A stretch of 64,000 bases of DNA from an uncultured Gemmatimonadaceae bacterium (GCA_963829055.1 CAWHHI010000016.1:128001-192000); one strand, 5' to 3'; numbered from the stretch's first letter, positions 1 to 9,949 are shown. Notes: generated by a model not told the origin, from the sequence alone. Made by a program: numbers and translations.

Positions 1-232
1 TCTTCAAGACTCGCTTTCCTGAGCACATCATGCGTAGTGTTCGGTCGTTGGCGTACCGCGCCAATCCCGACGCCCGTGAGATCGAGCTGATGCGAGCGAT
101 GGCCATCGAAGTCGTGCGAGCGACCGAGCGAGAGCGCAAGAAGACGCAGGCCGCAATCGATCGCGGCGGCGCTCCGTCCACGCCGGATGCCTAACGGGGC
201 GCGGGCGCACAGCAGCTAGCGCGCGCAGCCGC

Positions 233-260
233 GATTCCCGATTCCCCATTCCCGATTCCC
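233..260. repeat. Four tandem heptamers GATTCCC-GATTCCC-CATTCCC-GATTCCC
   Basis: Read directly; ends 5 nt before ATG 266. Confidence 0.9.
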
Positions 261-265
261 GAGCA

Positions 266-1618
266 ATGCGTCTCTCCAGACTTTTCGGCGGTGGCAAACC
301 GGACGAGCCCCAGGAACCCGAGCCGCCCGAGGTGCCTGAAGAAGTCGAAGCGACGGCCGAGGACGATGGGGCCGAGGCCGATGAGTTCGAGGGCGTCCCT
401 GAAGGCGATCCGGACGTCGATCTGGACGCTCAGTGGCGCGCGCGTGCCGCCGACGTCATTCCCGGCGGCGCATCGACCGGCAGCAAGCGCGTTGCCGCGC
501 TGTACGGTGAGGGGACCGAGTTCGGCCCGACGCACTACTCCCGGGCATCGGGGTGCCACGTCACGACTGCCGGCGGACGGACGCTCATTGACTGCACGAT
601 GGCGTTAGGCAGCGTCGCCATCGGCTACGCCGACGAGACCGTCACGCGCGCCGTGCTGAACGCCGCCGCGCTCGGACACGTCGCCGGTCTGTCGCACACG
701 AGCGAGGTCGACATCGCCGACAAGCTCTCCGACATCATCCCCTGCGCCGAGCAGGTGCGGTTTCTCAAGAGCGGCGCGGAGGCGGTGGCTGCAGCCGTCC
801 GCATTGCTCGGACCTACACGGGCAAGGACCGCATCGTCGCGTCCGGGTATTTCGGATGGCTCGACTGGGCGAGCGATGCGCGGGGCGTCCCCGAGAAGGT
901 GCGCGCCGACGTGACCCATGTCCCGTTCGACGATATCGCCGCCATCGAGCAGGCGTGTGCGCAGGCGGGCAGCGGCCTCGCGGCCATTGTCATCGAGCCG
1001 GTCGTCGAGCGATTGCCATCAGCGGAGTGGCTCGCCGCCGCGCGACGGTTGTGCGATGCGGCCGGAGCGGTGCTGATCTTCGACGAGATCAAAACCGGAT
1101 TCCGGCTCCGACCCGGAGGCTATCAGGAGTACGGGAAGTTCGAGCCGGACCTCGCCACGTTCGGGAAGGCGATGGCGAACGGTTTCCCCATCTCCGCCGT
1201 CGTCGGCCGAGCGGCGGTCATGGAGGCGGCGACGGACACCTGGATCTCCTCGACGCTTGCCGGCGAGGCGACGGCCCTCGCGGCGGTCGGCGGCGTTCTC
1301 GAGTGGCACGATAAGACCGACGTGTGCGACACGCTCTGGCGCACGGGCGAGGAGATGATCGGTGCGGTGAAGCGCGCGATCGCCGCCAGCGGCGTCGACG
1401 GCGTGACGGTCGACGGCATCGCGCCCATGTGGTTTCTGCGCTTCGACGATCCGGCGCGGGAATCGCGCTTCCTCGAGCTCGCGCTCGAGCAGGACGTGCT
1501 GTTCAAGCGTGGCGCGTACAACTATGCCTCGATCGCCCACGACGAGCAGACGCTCATCGACATCGAGCGTGCGGCGAGCACCGCGTTCGTACAACTGGCT
1601 GAGGAGATCGAAGGCTGA
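266..1618 (+). CDS. Class-III PLP aminotransferase (glutamate-1-semialdehyde aminomutase-like) with acidic N-terminal extension
   Basis: Motifs VRFLKSGAEA, LIFDEIKTGFR and PDLATFGKAMANGFP (PLP lysine). Confidence 0.85.
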   Translation: MRLSRLFGGGKPDEPQEPEPPEVPEEVEATAEDDGAEADEFEGVPEGDPDVDLDAQWRARAADVIPGGASTGSKRVAALYGEGTEFGPTHYSRASGCHVTTAGGRTLIDCTMALGSVAIGYADETVTRAVLNAAALGHVAGLSHTSEVDIADKLSDIIPCAEQVRFLKSGAEAVAAAVRIARTYTGKDRIVASGYFGWLDWASDARGVPEKVRADVTHVPFDDIAAIEQACAQAGSGLAAIVIEPVVERLPSAEWLAAARRLCDAAGAVLIFDEIKTGFRLRPGGYQEYGKFEPDLATFGKAMANGFPISAVVGRAAVMEAATDTWISSTLAGEATALAAVGGVLEWHDKTDVCDTLWRTGEEMIGAVKRAIAASGVDGVTVDGIAPMWFLRFDDPARESRFLELALEQDVLFKRGAYNYASIAHDEQTLIDIERAASTAFVQLAEEIEG

Positions 1619-2529
1619 TGGCGTCAGCGGCACCGCTCGCGGGGGCAGGACCGCTCATCGACGTGCACGCGCATTTCTTCTTCGCCGGCTGCGGCCGCGC
1701 GGAGTGGAGCGCGCTCAACGATGCACGGTTTCGTGCCGGAGACCGCATCGGCATCACCACCCACATCGCCTCCATCCTCGGCTCCTGGGGCCGCTGGTCG
1801 CCGACCTACTTTCAGTCGCCGGCCGACACGCGGCTCGGCAACGACGCGATGATCGCGATTGCGAAAGCGAACCCCGATCGGGTGCGGTGGTACGTCGCCG
1901 TCAACCCTAACGACACGCGGGATGCGCTCGCCGAGATCGACCGTTGTGTTGCGGCCGGCGCGATCGGCGTGAAGCTGGCGGCGGCGCGGCGCGCGGATGA
2001 TCCACTGCTGGACCCGATCGCCGAGCGGGCGGCGGCCGGAGGACTTCCGGTGCTGCACCACATCTGGCAGCACCGCCGGCGCCACTGGCCGTCGCAGGAC
2101 GCGAGCGACGGCGTGGACCTCGTTCGGCTCGCGCGCCGGCATCCGGGCGCGAACTTCATTCTCGCCCACATTGGTGGGGGAGGGGACTACCAGCACACGT
2201 TCGCCGCGGTGCGTGACGTGCCTAACGTGTACCTCGACCTGTCGGGAAGCGGTGTGGACCGCGGGATGCTCGACAACGCGTACGCCGCGGTCGGTGCCGG
2301 CCGTCTCCTGTGGGGCGCGGATATCACGTTGTGCACGGGCCTCGCCAAGCTCTGGGCGCTCGAGGTCATCGGCCTGACGAGCGACGAGATGGCGGACGTG
2401 AAGTGGCGGAATGCTCGGAGAATCTTCGCTTCGCTCGATCGGGAGCCGGGAACCGGGAACAGGGAACCGAGCAGCACGCAGCGATCAGCACCGATTCCCG
2501 ATTCCCCAGTCCCGATTCCCGACCAATGA
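1618..2529 (+). CDS. Amidohydrolase family protein (Amidohydro_2 type)
   Basis: IDVHAH metal motif, ILAHIGG, VYLDLSG, LLWGAD; TGATG coupling to upstream gene. Confidence 0.85.
   Translation: MASAAPLAGAGPLIDVHAHFFFAGCGRAEWSALNDARFRAGDRIGITTHIASILGSWGRWSPTYFQSPADTRLGNDAMIAIAKANPDRVRWYVAVNPNDTRDALAEIDRCVAAGAIGVKLAAARRADDPLLDPIAERAAAGGLPVLHHIWQHRRRHWPSQDASDGVDLVRLARRHPGANFILAHIGGGGDYQHTFAAVRDVPNVYLDLSGSGVDRGMLDNAYAAVGAGRLLWGADITLCTGLAKLWALEVIGLTSDEMADVKWRNARRIFASLDREPGTGNREPSSTQRSAPIPDSPVPIPDQ
2441..2520. repeat. Heptamer inverted repeat: 4x GGGAACC-like, then 4x GATTCCC-like
   Basis: Arms 2441-2468 and 2493-2520, inside the last codons of the 1618..2529 ORF. Confidence 0.85.
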
Positions 2530-3284
2530 TCGATCTCAACGCCTACATCGGCCCATATCCCTTTCGCCATCTCCCGCATCCCGACCCCGCCATTCTCGTT
2601 GGTGTGCTCGAGCGCGAGGGGCTGAGTGGCGCGTGGGTCGGGCATCTGCCGTCTGCGTTCTACCGCGACCCCGCCGCGGGCAACGACGATCTGTTCGCGT
2701 CGCTTGCGCCGCACGCCGATCGTCTGCGTGCCGTTCCCTGCATCCGACCCGACTGGCCGAACTGGGAGCGCGCGCTGGCATCCGTCGTCGATCGCGGCGT
2801 GCCTGCCGTTCGCGCGTACCCGCCGCAGTGGGGACTTGGCGCCGATGACCCGGGCCTGCGCGCGTTATGTGGCGCGTGCGGGGAGGCCGGCATCGCGCTC
2901 GTGCTGACCGCGCGCTTCGAGGATCTGCGTCAGCGCCACTGGATGGATCAGGCCGGCGACCTCAGCGCCGCGACGATTCGTGGTATTGCGCGGGGCAACT
3001 CGCGCACGCGCATCGTCGTCTGCTCTGCCGGACGCGGGACCATCGAGGAAACGCACTGGGGTCTCACTCCGGCAGAGCGCGAGCAGGTCTTCTGGGACAT
3101 CTCGTGGATCTGGGGTCCGCCCGAAGACGAGTTGGCGACGTTGTTTCGGACGATCGGACCCGGTCGATTCGTCTACGGCACGGCGTGGCCTTTGCGGCTG
3201 GCGCAGACTCCGCGGGCGAGTCTCGCGCTTCTGCCTGACGAGTGGTCGAACGTCGTGCTCGCCGACCCATCGATGTGGGAGTAA
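2526..3284 (+). CDS. Degenerate amidohydrolase-fold protein
   Basis: ATGA overlap at 2526; MIDLNAYIG N-terminus and RFVYGTAWP C-terminal motif. Confidence 0.7.
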   Translation: MIDLNAYIGPYPFRHLPHPDPAILVGVLEREGLSGAWVGHLPSAFYRDPAAGNDDLFASLAPHADRLRAVPCIRPDWPNWERALASVVDRGVPAVRAYPPQWGLGADDPGLRALCGACGEAGIALVLTARFEDLRQRHWMDQAGDLSAATIRGIARGNSRTRIVVCSAGRGTIEETHWGLTPAEREQVFWDISWIWGPPEDELATLFRTIGPGRFVYGTAWPLRLAQTPRASLALLPDEWSNVVLADPSMWE

Positions 3285-3346
3285 CGAAAAAATCGTGTGA
3301 TCATCTACGTGGCTCGAAGTGGCGCAAAAAGCCTGTGCGTCGGTGC

Positions 3347-3375
3347 TTGCGCGCCTCTCCAGGGGTCGTCATACT
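3347..3375 (+). promoter_or_regulatory. Putative sigma70 promoter of the act operon
   Basis: TTGCGC (3347-3352), 17-bp spacer, CATACT (3370-3375). Confidence 0.5.
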
Positions 3376-3391
3376 TCGCGAACTTGCAGCG

Positions 3392-3415
3392 GCCTTGTGA
3401 ACATTTTCACAAGGC
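3392..3415. promoter_or_regulatory. Rex-type operator TTGTGAA-N4-TTCACAA (also fits CRP-family TGTGA-N6-TCACA)
   Basis: Perfect inverted repeat GCCTTGTGAA-CATT-TTCACAAGGC about 40 bp upstream of actA. Confidence 0.75.
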
Positions 3416-3454
3416 AGACCGGCTCGCATCGGAATTCCACCCTCGGTCTCCCCG

Positions 3455-4099
3455 ATGACCAGTAGGCGAAAGTGGGCGCTCGTTCCGGGGTTCGTAGCGC
3501 TGGCAACCGCCGTCGCTCTCCTCTCCGCGTACAGCGGCGCGTCCTCCTCACAGAACTTCGCGCCAGAACAGCCGATCGCGTTTCCGCACCCGACGCACGT
3601 GCAGAAGCTCGGCATGAACTGTCTGTACTGCCACTACGCCGCGAACAAGTCACCGGATCCAGGAATGCCCGCCGTCGGCACGTGCCTCGGTTGCCATAAC
3701 CAGATCATGGTCGGGCCCAATCGCCCGAAGGTCGACAGCACGCCCGCGCGTCAGAGCGCCGAGATCAAGAAACTCCTCGACAACTACGCCGACCCGACAG
3801 GCAAACCGAAGAAGGCCATCGAGTGGGTGCGCATCCACAAGGTGCCCGAGTACGTGCGCTTCCCGCACATGCGCCACGTGAATGCCGGCGTGGCCTGCCA
3901 GAGCTGTCACGGCCAGGTGCAGCGCATGGGCCGGGTCTACCAGTTTTCGTCGCTGAACATGGGCTGGTGCGTGAACTGTCACGTCAACGGCTACAAGCCG
4001 GCCGACGCGGTCAAGAACACCGAGGGGTATCCAACGCAGCAGGACCTCGCGGCTCCGCCCAAGAAAGCACGGTACGACTGCAGCGCTTGTCACTATTGA
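3455..4099 (+). CDS. actA: Alternative complex III pentaheme cytochrome c subunit
   Basis: Five CXXCH motifs (CLYCH, CLGCH, CQSCH, CVNCH, CSACH), N-terminal TM helix, PEQPIAFPH and MGWCVNCH signatures. Confidence 0.9.
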   Translation: MTSRRKWALVPGFVALATAVALLSAYSGASSSQNFAPEQPIAFPHPTHVQKLGMNCLYCHYAANKSPDPGMPAVGTCLGCHNQIMVGPNRPKVDSTPARQSAEIKKLLDNYADPTGKPKKAIEWVRIHKVPEYVRFPHMRHVNAGVACQSCHGQVQRMGRVYQFSSLNMGWCVNCHVNGYKPADAVKNTEGYPTQQDLAAPPKKARYDCSACHY

Positions 4100-4150
4100 T
4101 GCGGCGGTCGACCGCCTCGATGCACCGTCCCTCCGTCTAGACCTTCTCAC

Positions 4151-7100
4151 ATGACCCAACCCTCGGGGCCCGCGGGCGTCAAGCGCCGCGACTTCCTCAA
4201 GGTCCTGGGCGCCGCGGGCGCCGCCACGACCGCCGTCGGATGCAGTCAGGAGCGAGTCGAGAAGCTCATTCCTTATCTCGTCTCACCCGACGAAACGGTC
4301 CCGGGTGTCTCCACCTATTACGCGACGACCTGTCGCGAGTGCGCTGCCGGTTGCGGGTTGATCGCGGAAACTCGCGATGGCCGCGTGATCAAGCTGGAGG
4401 GGAATCCCTCGCATCCGGTGAACCACGGCGCGTTATGCGCGCGTGGCCAGGCCGCGCTGCAGGGGCTCTACAATCCGGATCGCTATCGCGAGCCGATGGT
4501 GCGGCGCAACGGGAAGTTCGAGCGGATCAGCTGGGACGACGCCCAGAAGATGCTCCGCGACCGCATCGCCGGACTCGGCGCCGGCGCGGCGAACGCGGTG
4601 TTCGTCAACCAGCACGAGACCGGAAGCTTTCCCGCGTTCCTCGATCAATGGCTCGCGGGATACGGAATGCCGGCGCACATCGCGTACGACGGCGAAGCGC
4701 CGCACGCGGTGCTGCAGGCGAATCGTCAATCGTTCGGCGGCGTCTCCTGGCCAGCGCTCGACTTCTCGGCCGCTCGTCTCGTCGTCGCGATCGGCGCCGA
4801 CTTCCTGGACATGTGGGGCGCGTCCGTCCCGCAGCAGCTCGCGTTTGCCGACGCGCGCGCCAAGCTCGCGGATGCCCCGCGCTTCGTGTACGTCGGCCCG
4901 CGCCGCTCGCTCACCGGCCTCAACGCCGACGAGTGGATTGCGTGCAAGCCGGGAAGTGAGCTCGCCATCGTGAACGCACTCGCTGGTCGCGGCGGATCGA
5001 TTGCCGACGCGGCGACCGCGAGCGGCGTCGATCAGGCAGTGCTCCAGCGTCTCGCGAACGAGCTCTCGGCCACCAAGCCGAGCCTCGTGCTCTCCGGCGT
5101 CACCACCGGGAACGCGCTCGACGTCGCGCTCGCCGTGAACGCACTGAACCAGGCCGCGGGGAACGTCGGCGTCACGATCAAGCCGGCCGAGGGTCTCGTG
5201 GCGTTCGACCGGGCGGGGTCGCCTAACGAGCTCCGCGACGCGGTCCAGCGTATGGCGAGTGGCGCCGTTCCGCTCGTGATGTTCCGTGGCGTGAATCCGG
5301 TGCACTCGCTGCCCAAGGCGTTGCAGGCGGCGCAGGCGATCGGGAAGGTGCCGTTCAAGGTGTCCTTCTCCAGCTATCCGGACGAGACGACAGAACTGTG
5401 CGATCTCGTCCTGCCGGACAATCACTCGCTCGAGTCGTGGGGCGACGCCGAATCCGTGCGCGGCTCGATCTCGCTGCAGCAGCCGGCCATGGAGCGCGTG
5501 TTCAACACGCGCGCGACGGCCGACGTGCTCATCGGCATCACCAGGGGCGATCCAGCGACGGCCGGCCGCTATCCGGTCGCCGACTATCGAAGCTGGCTCA
5601 CCGGCCGCTTCCCGGGCGGTGCGCAGGCGTTAGGCGGCGCGCTCGCGCGAGGGATGGCGCCCGGCTCGCCACTTCAGAGCACGGCGCCGGCACGCACGGT
5701 CGCCGCGGCCCCGGTCGCTGCGCCGCTCGAGGGACAGCAGGGCGACTTCTACTTCATGGTCTATCCGTCGCCCGTGCTGGGAGACGGTCGCGGCGGGAAT
5801 AAGCCGTGGCTGCAGGAGCTCGCGGATCCCGTCACGAAGATCGCGTGGCAGTCATGGATCGAGATTCACCCCATGACCGCGCGCCGGCTCGGCATTGAGA
5901 ACGGCGATCACCTCAAGGTCGATACGTCCGCGGGGTCCGTCACCGCGCCGGCGTACCTCTACCTTGGCGTTAGGCCCGACGTCGTTGCCATGGCAACCGG
6001 GCGCGGGCACACCAGCTACGGACGTTACGCCAAGAACATCGGCGTCAACGCACTGGATGCGCTGCCGGTCGCGCACGACGCGGCCGGTGGTCTCGCGCTC
6101 ACGACCGTCAAAGCGCGCGTGTCGAAGGCGGCCGAGAACTCGCCGCTCGTTACGACCGAGGGCTCGGCGCGCCAGCACGGTCGAGGCATCGGACAGGCCA
6201 TCACCGTCGCGCAGCTGAACGGGCCGGAGCACGAGGAACACCAGTTCGCGGGAGACAAAGAGCACGCGTTCCTTCCAGGACTGCGCTCTCCGGTCGCGAA
6301 CGATGCGCAGGGCGTGTTAGGCGGCGACAAGTCGAAGGAAAAGGGGATGTACGACCCCGAGCATTGGAGCGGGATGGCCAGGCGCCGCTGGGCGATGACC
6401 ATCGACCTCGCGCGATGCACGGGCTGCTCGGCCTGCGTGACGGCGTGCTACGCCGAGAACAACATCCCGACGGTCGGCGCGCCGTGGCAGGGTCGTTCGC
6501 TTCGCCCGTTCCATTCGAGCGACGGCAGCGGCTGGGATACGCGTCCCGGCGCGAACATCCTGAAGGGCCGCGAGATGACGTGGATCCGCATCGAGCGCTA
6601 CTTCGAGGGCGGGGAAGACGGCTCCACGGACTTCGACACGCGCTTCGTGCCGATGCTCTGCCAGCACTGCGGCAACGCGCCATGCGAGCCGGTGTGCCCC
6701 GTGTACGCGACGTACCACTCGCCGGACGGGCTCAACGTCCAGGTCTACAATCGCTGCGTCGGCACGCGGTATTGCTCGAACGGCTGTCCCTACAAGGTTC
6801 GCTACTTCAACTGGCACGGGTACGGCGAACCGGAGCGTCGTCAGTACGCGTTCCCGGAGCCGCTCAACTGGCAGTTGAATCCCGACGTCACGGTGCGCGG
6901 CAAGGGCGTCATGGAGAAGTGCACGTTCTGCGTGCAGCGCATCCGTGAGTCCGAGCACCGCGCCAAGCTCGAGGGACGCGACGTCGCGCCCGATGAGTTC
7001 ACGACGGCGTGCGCGCAGGCGTGCCCGTCGCGCGCGATCACGTTCGGTGACGCGGCGGACGAGAACTGGACGGTGGCGAAGCTCGCCGAGGATCGACGCG

Positions 7101-7207
7101 CATACCACGTGTTCGAGGAGCTGAACACCTTCACGGCGGTCGTCTACTTGAAGAAGGTCAATCACCCAACCGCTGCCGCGGCACAACCGGCGGGAGGTGC
7201 GCGCTAA
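4151..7207 (+). CDS. actB: Alternative complex III molybdopterin-oxidoreductase-like/Fe-S subunit
   Basis: Tat motif RRDFLK plus lipobox AVGC; C-terminal Fe-S motifs CTGCSACVTAC, CQHCGNAPC, CVGTRYCSNGC, MEKCTFC. Confidence 0.92.
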   Translation: MTQPSGPAGVKRRDFLKVLGAAGAATTAVGCSQERVEKLIPYLVSPDETVPGVSTYYATTCRECAAGCGLIAETRDGRVIKLEGNPSHPVNHGALCARGQAALQGLYNPDRYREPMVRRNGKFERISWDDAQKMLRDRIAGLGAGAANAVFVNQHETGSFPAFLDQWLAGYGMPAHIAYDGEAPHAVLQANRQSFGGVSWPALDFSAARLVVAIGADFLDMWGASVPQQLAFADARAKLADAPRFVYVGPRRSLTGLNADEWIACKPGSELAIVNALAGRGGSIADAATASGVDQAVLQRLANELSATKPSLVLSGVTTGNALDVALAVNALNQAAGNVGVTIKPAEGLVAFDRAGSPNELRDAVQRMASGAVPLVMFRGVNPVHSLPKALQAAQAIGKVPFKVSFSSYPDETTELCDLVLPDNHSLESWGDAESVRGSISLQQPAMERVFNTRATADVLIGITRGDPATAGRYPVADYRSWLTGRFPGGAQALGGALARGMAPGSPLQSTAPARTVAAAPVAAPLEGQQGDFYFMVYPSPVLGDGRGGNKPWLQELADPVTKIAWQSWIEIHPMTARRLGIENGDHLKVDTSAGSVTAPAYLYLGVRPDVVAMATGRGHTSYGRYAKNIGVNALDALPVAHDAAGGLALTTVKARVSKAAENSPLVTTEGSARQHGRGIGQAITVAQLNGPEHEEHQFAGDKEHAFLPGLRSPVANDAQGVLGGDKSKEKGMYDPEHWSGMARRRWAMTIDLARCTGCSACVTACYAENNIPTVGAPWQGRSLRPFHSSDGSGWDTRPGANILKGREMTWIRIERYFEGGEDGSTDFDTRFVPMLCQHCGNAPCEPVCPVYATYHSPDGLNVQVYNRCVGTRYCSNGCPYKVRYFNWHGYGEPERRQYAFPEPLNWQLNPDVTVRGKGVMEKCTFCVQRIRESEHRAKLEGRDVAPDEFTTACAQACPSRAITFGDAADENWTVAKLAEDRRAYHVFEELNTFTAVVYLKKVNHPTAAAAQPAGGAR

Positions 7208-8673
7208 TGGCCACCGTAGCCCGTCCAGGACCAGCCACCGATCTCGTCCCCAGGCCTAACGTCGCCTCGGCGAACGTTCAGCTGCCGGGAGTTCGCGATT
7301 ACGAGCAGGTCGACAACGACATCATCAGCACGCTGCGTCCCACCGGCGGATGGTTCGCCGCGCTCGGCCTCTCCATCGCGCTGTTCCTGTGGGGTGCCGG
7401 CACGTGGGTCTATCAGATCTACTGGGGGCTCGGCAACGCCGGTTACAACCCGCCGGTGATGTGGGGCGTCTACATCATCACGTTCGTATTCTGGGTCGGT
7501 ATCGGTCACGCAGGCACGCTGATCTCGGCCATTCTGTATCTGTTCCGCGCTGGCTTCCGCACGACGATCTACCGATGCGCCGAAGCGATGACGGTGTTCG
7601 CCGTCATGACCGCGGGGTTGTTCCCGATCATTCACATCGGGCGCCCGTGGAAGTTCTTCTGGCTCATTCCGTATCCGAACTGGCGGCTCATCTGGCCGAA
7701 CTTCAAGAGCCCGCTCGTGTGGGACGTGTTCGCGATCTCCACGTACCTCACGGTCTCGAGCACGTTCCTGTACGTCGGACTCATTCCCGACATCGCCGTC
7801 CTGCGTGACCGCGAGACGAATCCGGTTCGCAAGCGGATTCTCGCCGTGCTCTCGTTAGGGTGGCGGAACTCGGAGAGCGAGTGGCGGCACTTCGCGCGGA
7901 TGTATCTGTTCCTCGCCGCGTTCTCGACGCCGCTCGTGCTGTCGGTGCACTCCGTCGTGTCGTTCGACTTCGCGATGGCGCTGACGCCCGGTTGGCACGC
8001 GACGATCTTCCCGCCCTACTTCGTTGCCGGCGCCATCTTCTCCGGCATCGGGATGGTGTTCACGATCATCATCCCCATCCGGAAGTTCTTCAAGCTCGAG
8101 CACTACGTCACGATCAACCACCTCGACGCAGCCGCGAAGCTGTGTCTGTTCACCAGCCAGGTCGTGGGCTGCGCGTACCTCATCGAGTTCTGGGTCGCGT
8201 GGTACTCGGCCAACGCGTTCGAGCAGCAGTACTTCTGGAACCGCGTGTTCGGGCAATGGTGGTGGGCCGCGTGGATCATGCTCACGTGCAACGTGATCTT
8301 CCCACTCTCGCTGTTCTCCCAGAAGCTGCGGCGAAATCCCGGCTGGCTCTTCATCCTGAGCATCTTCATCAACCTCGGCATGTGGTTCGAGCGGTTCGTG
8401 ATCATCGTGCCGTCGTTGTCGCACGAGTTCGAGCCGTGGCAGTGGTCCGCGTACATGCCGAGCTGGGTGGACGTCTCGATCCTCACCGGATCCTTCGGCT
8501 GGTTCTTCATGTGGTTCCTGCTGTTCATCAAGCAGCTGCCAGTCATCGCGATCGCCGAGGTGAAGGAGATTGTGCCGCCGAAGCTCAGGCGCGCGCATCC
8601 ACACGCGGACGCGATCGATACGTCCGGCCGACATCAGGAGTACGAAGCCGACACGCCAGGGGAGTTCGCCTGA
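7207..8673 (+). CDS. actC: Alternative complex III NrfD/PsrC-family quinol-binding membrane subunit
   Basis: FVFWVGIGHAGTLISA, HIGRPW, SPLVWD and PPYFVAGAIFSG motifs. Confidence 0.92.
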   Translation: MATVARPGPATDLVPRPNVASANVQLPGVRDYEQVDNDIISTLRPTGGWFAALGLSIALFLWGAGTWVYQIYWGLGNAGYNPPVMWGVYIITFVFWVGIGHAGTLISAILYLFRAGFRTTIYRCAEAMTVFAVMTAGLFPIIHIGRPWKFFWLIPYPNWRLIWPNFKSPLVWDVFAISTYLTVSSTFLYVGLIPDIAVLRDRETNPVRKRILAVLSLGWRNSESEWRHFARMYLFLAAFSTPLVLSVHSVVSFDFAMALTPGWHATIFPPYFVAGAIFSGIGMVFTIIIPIRKFFKLEHYVTINHLDAAAKLCLFTSQVVGCAYLIEFWVAWYSANAFEQQYFWNRVFGQWWWAAWIMLTCNVIFPLSLFSQKLRRNPGWLFILSIFINLGMWFERFVIIVPSLSHEFEPWQWSAYMPSWVDVSILTGSFGWFFMWFLLFIKQLPVIAIAEVKEIVPPKLRRAHPHADAIDTSGRHQEYEADTPGEFA

Positions 8674-9170
8674 TGGGAGTTCTTGCTGCATTTCGCGAGC
8701 TGGACGCGACGGTGGACGCCATCGAAGATCTGAGAAGCCAGAAGATCAATGACTTCACGGTCTACACACCGACGCCGCGCCACGAGATCGAACACGCCGT
8801 GAACCCACCCACGAGTCCGGTGCGCAAGTTCACGCTCATCGGTGGGCTCGCGGGCGTTTGCTTCGGCTACTGGATCGCGATCTGGACGTCCGACTACTGG
8901 CCGCTCGTCGTGGGCGGAAAGCCCGTGGCGAGCTGGGTGCCGTACACGATCATCGGCTTTGAGGTGATGGTGCTGATCGGCGCGCTCTCGACCGTCGCCG
9001 GCATGTTCATCAACTCACGCGTTCCGAAGATCACGATGACGGTGGGCTTCGACCCACGCTTCACGCACGGTGACTACGGAATCTGGGTCCCGGCCGCGCC
9101 GGACCGCGCTCGTGCCGTCGAAGACACGTTCCGCCGCAACGGGGCCGTGGAGGTGCGCCATGAGCGCTAG
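8673..9170 (+). CDS. actD: Alternative complex III subunit D (DUF3341-like)
   Basis: TGATG coupling at 8673; two TM helices, WPLVVGGKP and DPRFT motifs. Confidence 0.85.
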   Translation: MGVLAAFRELDATVDAIEDLRSQKINDFTVYTPTPRHEIEHAVNPPTSPVRKFTLIGGLAGVCFGYWIAIWTSDYWPLVVGGKPVASWVPYTIIGFEVMVLIGALSTVAGMFINSRVPKITMTVGFDPRFTHGDYGIWVPAAPDRARAVEDTFRRNGAVEVRHER

Positions 9171-9949
9171 CGTTAGGCGCGTCGCGGTCCGCCGCGCACT
9201 GGCCGGCGTCGTTGCGCGCCGTGGTGTTGGTAGCCGCGCTGGCGCCACTCGGCGCGTGCGAGTGGTTCACCGACTTCAAGCGGCAGCCGAAGATCGACCC
9301 GTGGGAACGGTTGGACTCCGCAGGCGTCCGCGGTAATCCACAGACGTCGGTGCCCATCACGGGCTCCGTCGTGCCAGGGTTCGCCGTGTCGTACGCGAAC
9401 ATGCCGGCGACCATCGACTCGATGTCCACGCTGCGCAATCCGACACCGCCCGATTCCGCGTCGTTGCTGAACGGTCGGAAGTACTACACGATCAACTGTG
9501 CCGTCTGCCACGGTATGGCCGGCAAGGGCGACGGACTCGCGGTCAAGTACGGCGTGTTTCCGTTCCCGCTCGTTGGCGATCGCGGTCGTGGCCTGAGCGA
9601 CGGCTACATCTTCGGCATGATCCGGAACGGTCGCGGCAACATGCCGCCGTACAACCGCATCGAAGAGAAGGATCGTTGGGATGTCGTGAACTACGTCCGC
9701 GGGCTTCAGGGCACGCTGCCTTCCGGTGCCGTGGCGACCGGCCCGCTCGCGGTGCCGGGCTTCACCGGCGCCTCGCTTCCCGGCGCAACCACAATGGGAC
9801 CCACGCGCCCCGTTCCGCACACGGCCGCCGAGATGGACAAGTACGGTGGCGTGCGTGACAGCGCCTCGCGTGATACCACCAATCGCGCCGCCACCGATTC
9901 GACCCGCGCCCCAGCACGTGGTGCCCCGCGCCCGGGAGAGAGGGAATGA
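9160..9949 (+). CDS. actE: Alternative complex III monoheme cytochrome c lipoprotein; probable frameshift near 9210
   Basis: Lipobox LGAC, single CAVCH, GRGNMPPY. ATG 9160 with a GGAGG RBS is out of frame with the ORF body starting 9212. Confidence 0.8.
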
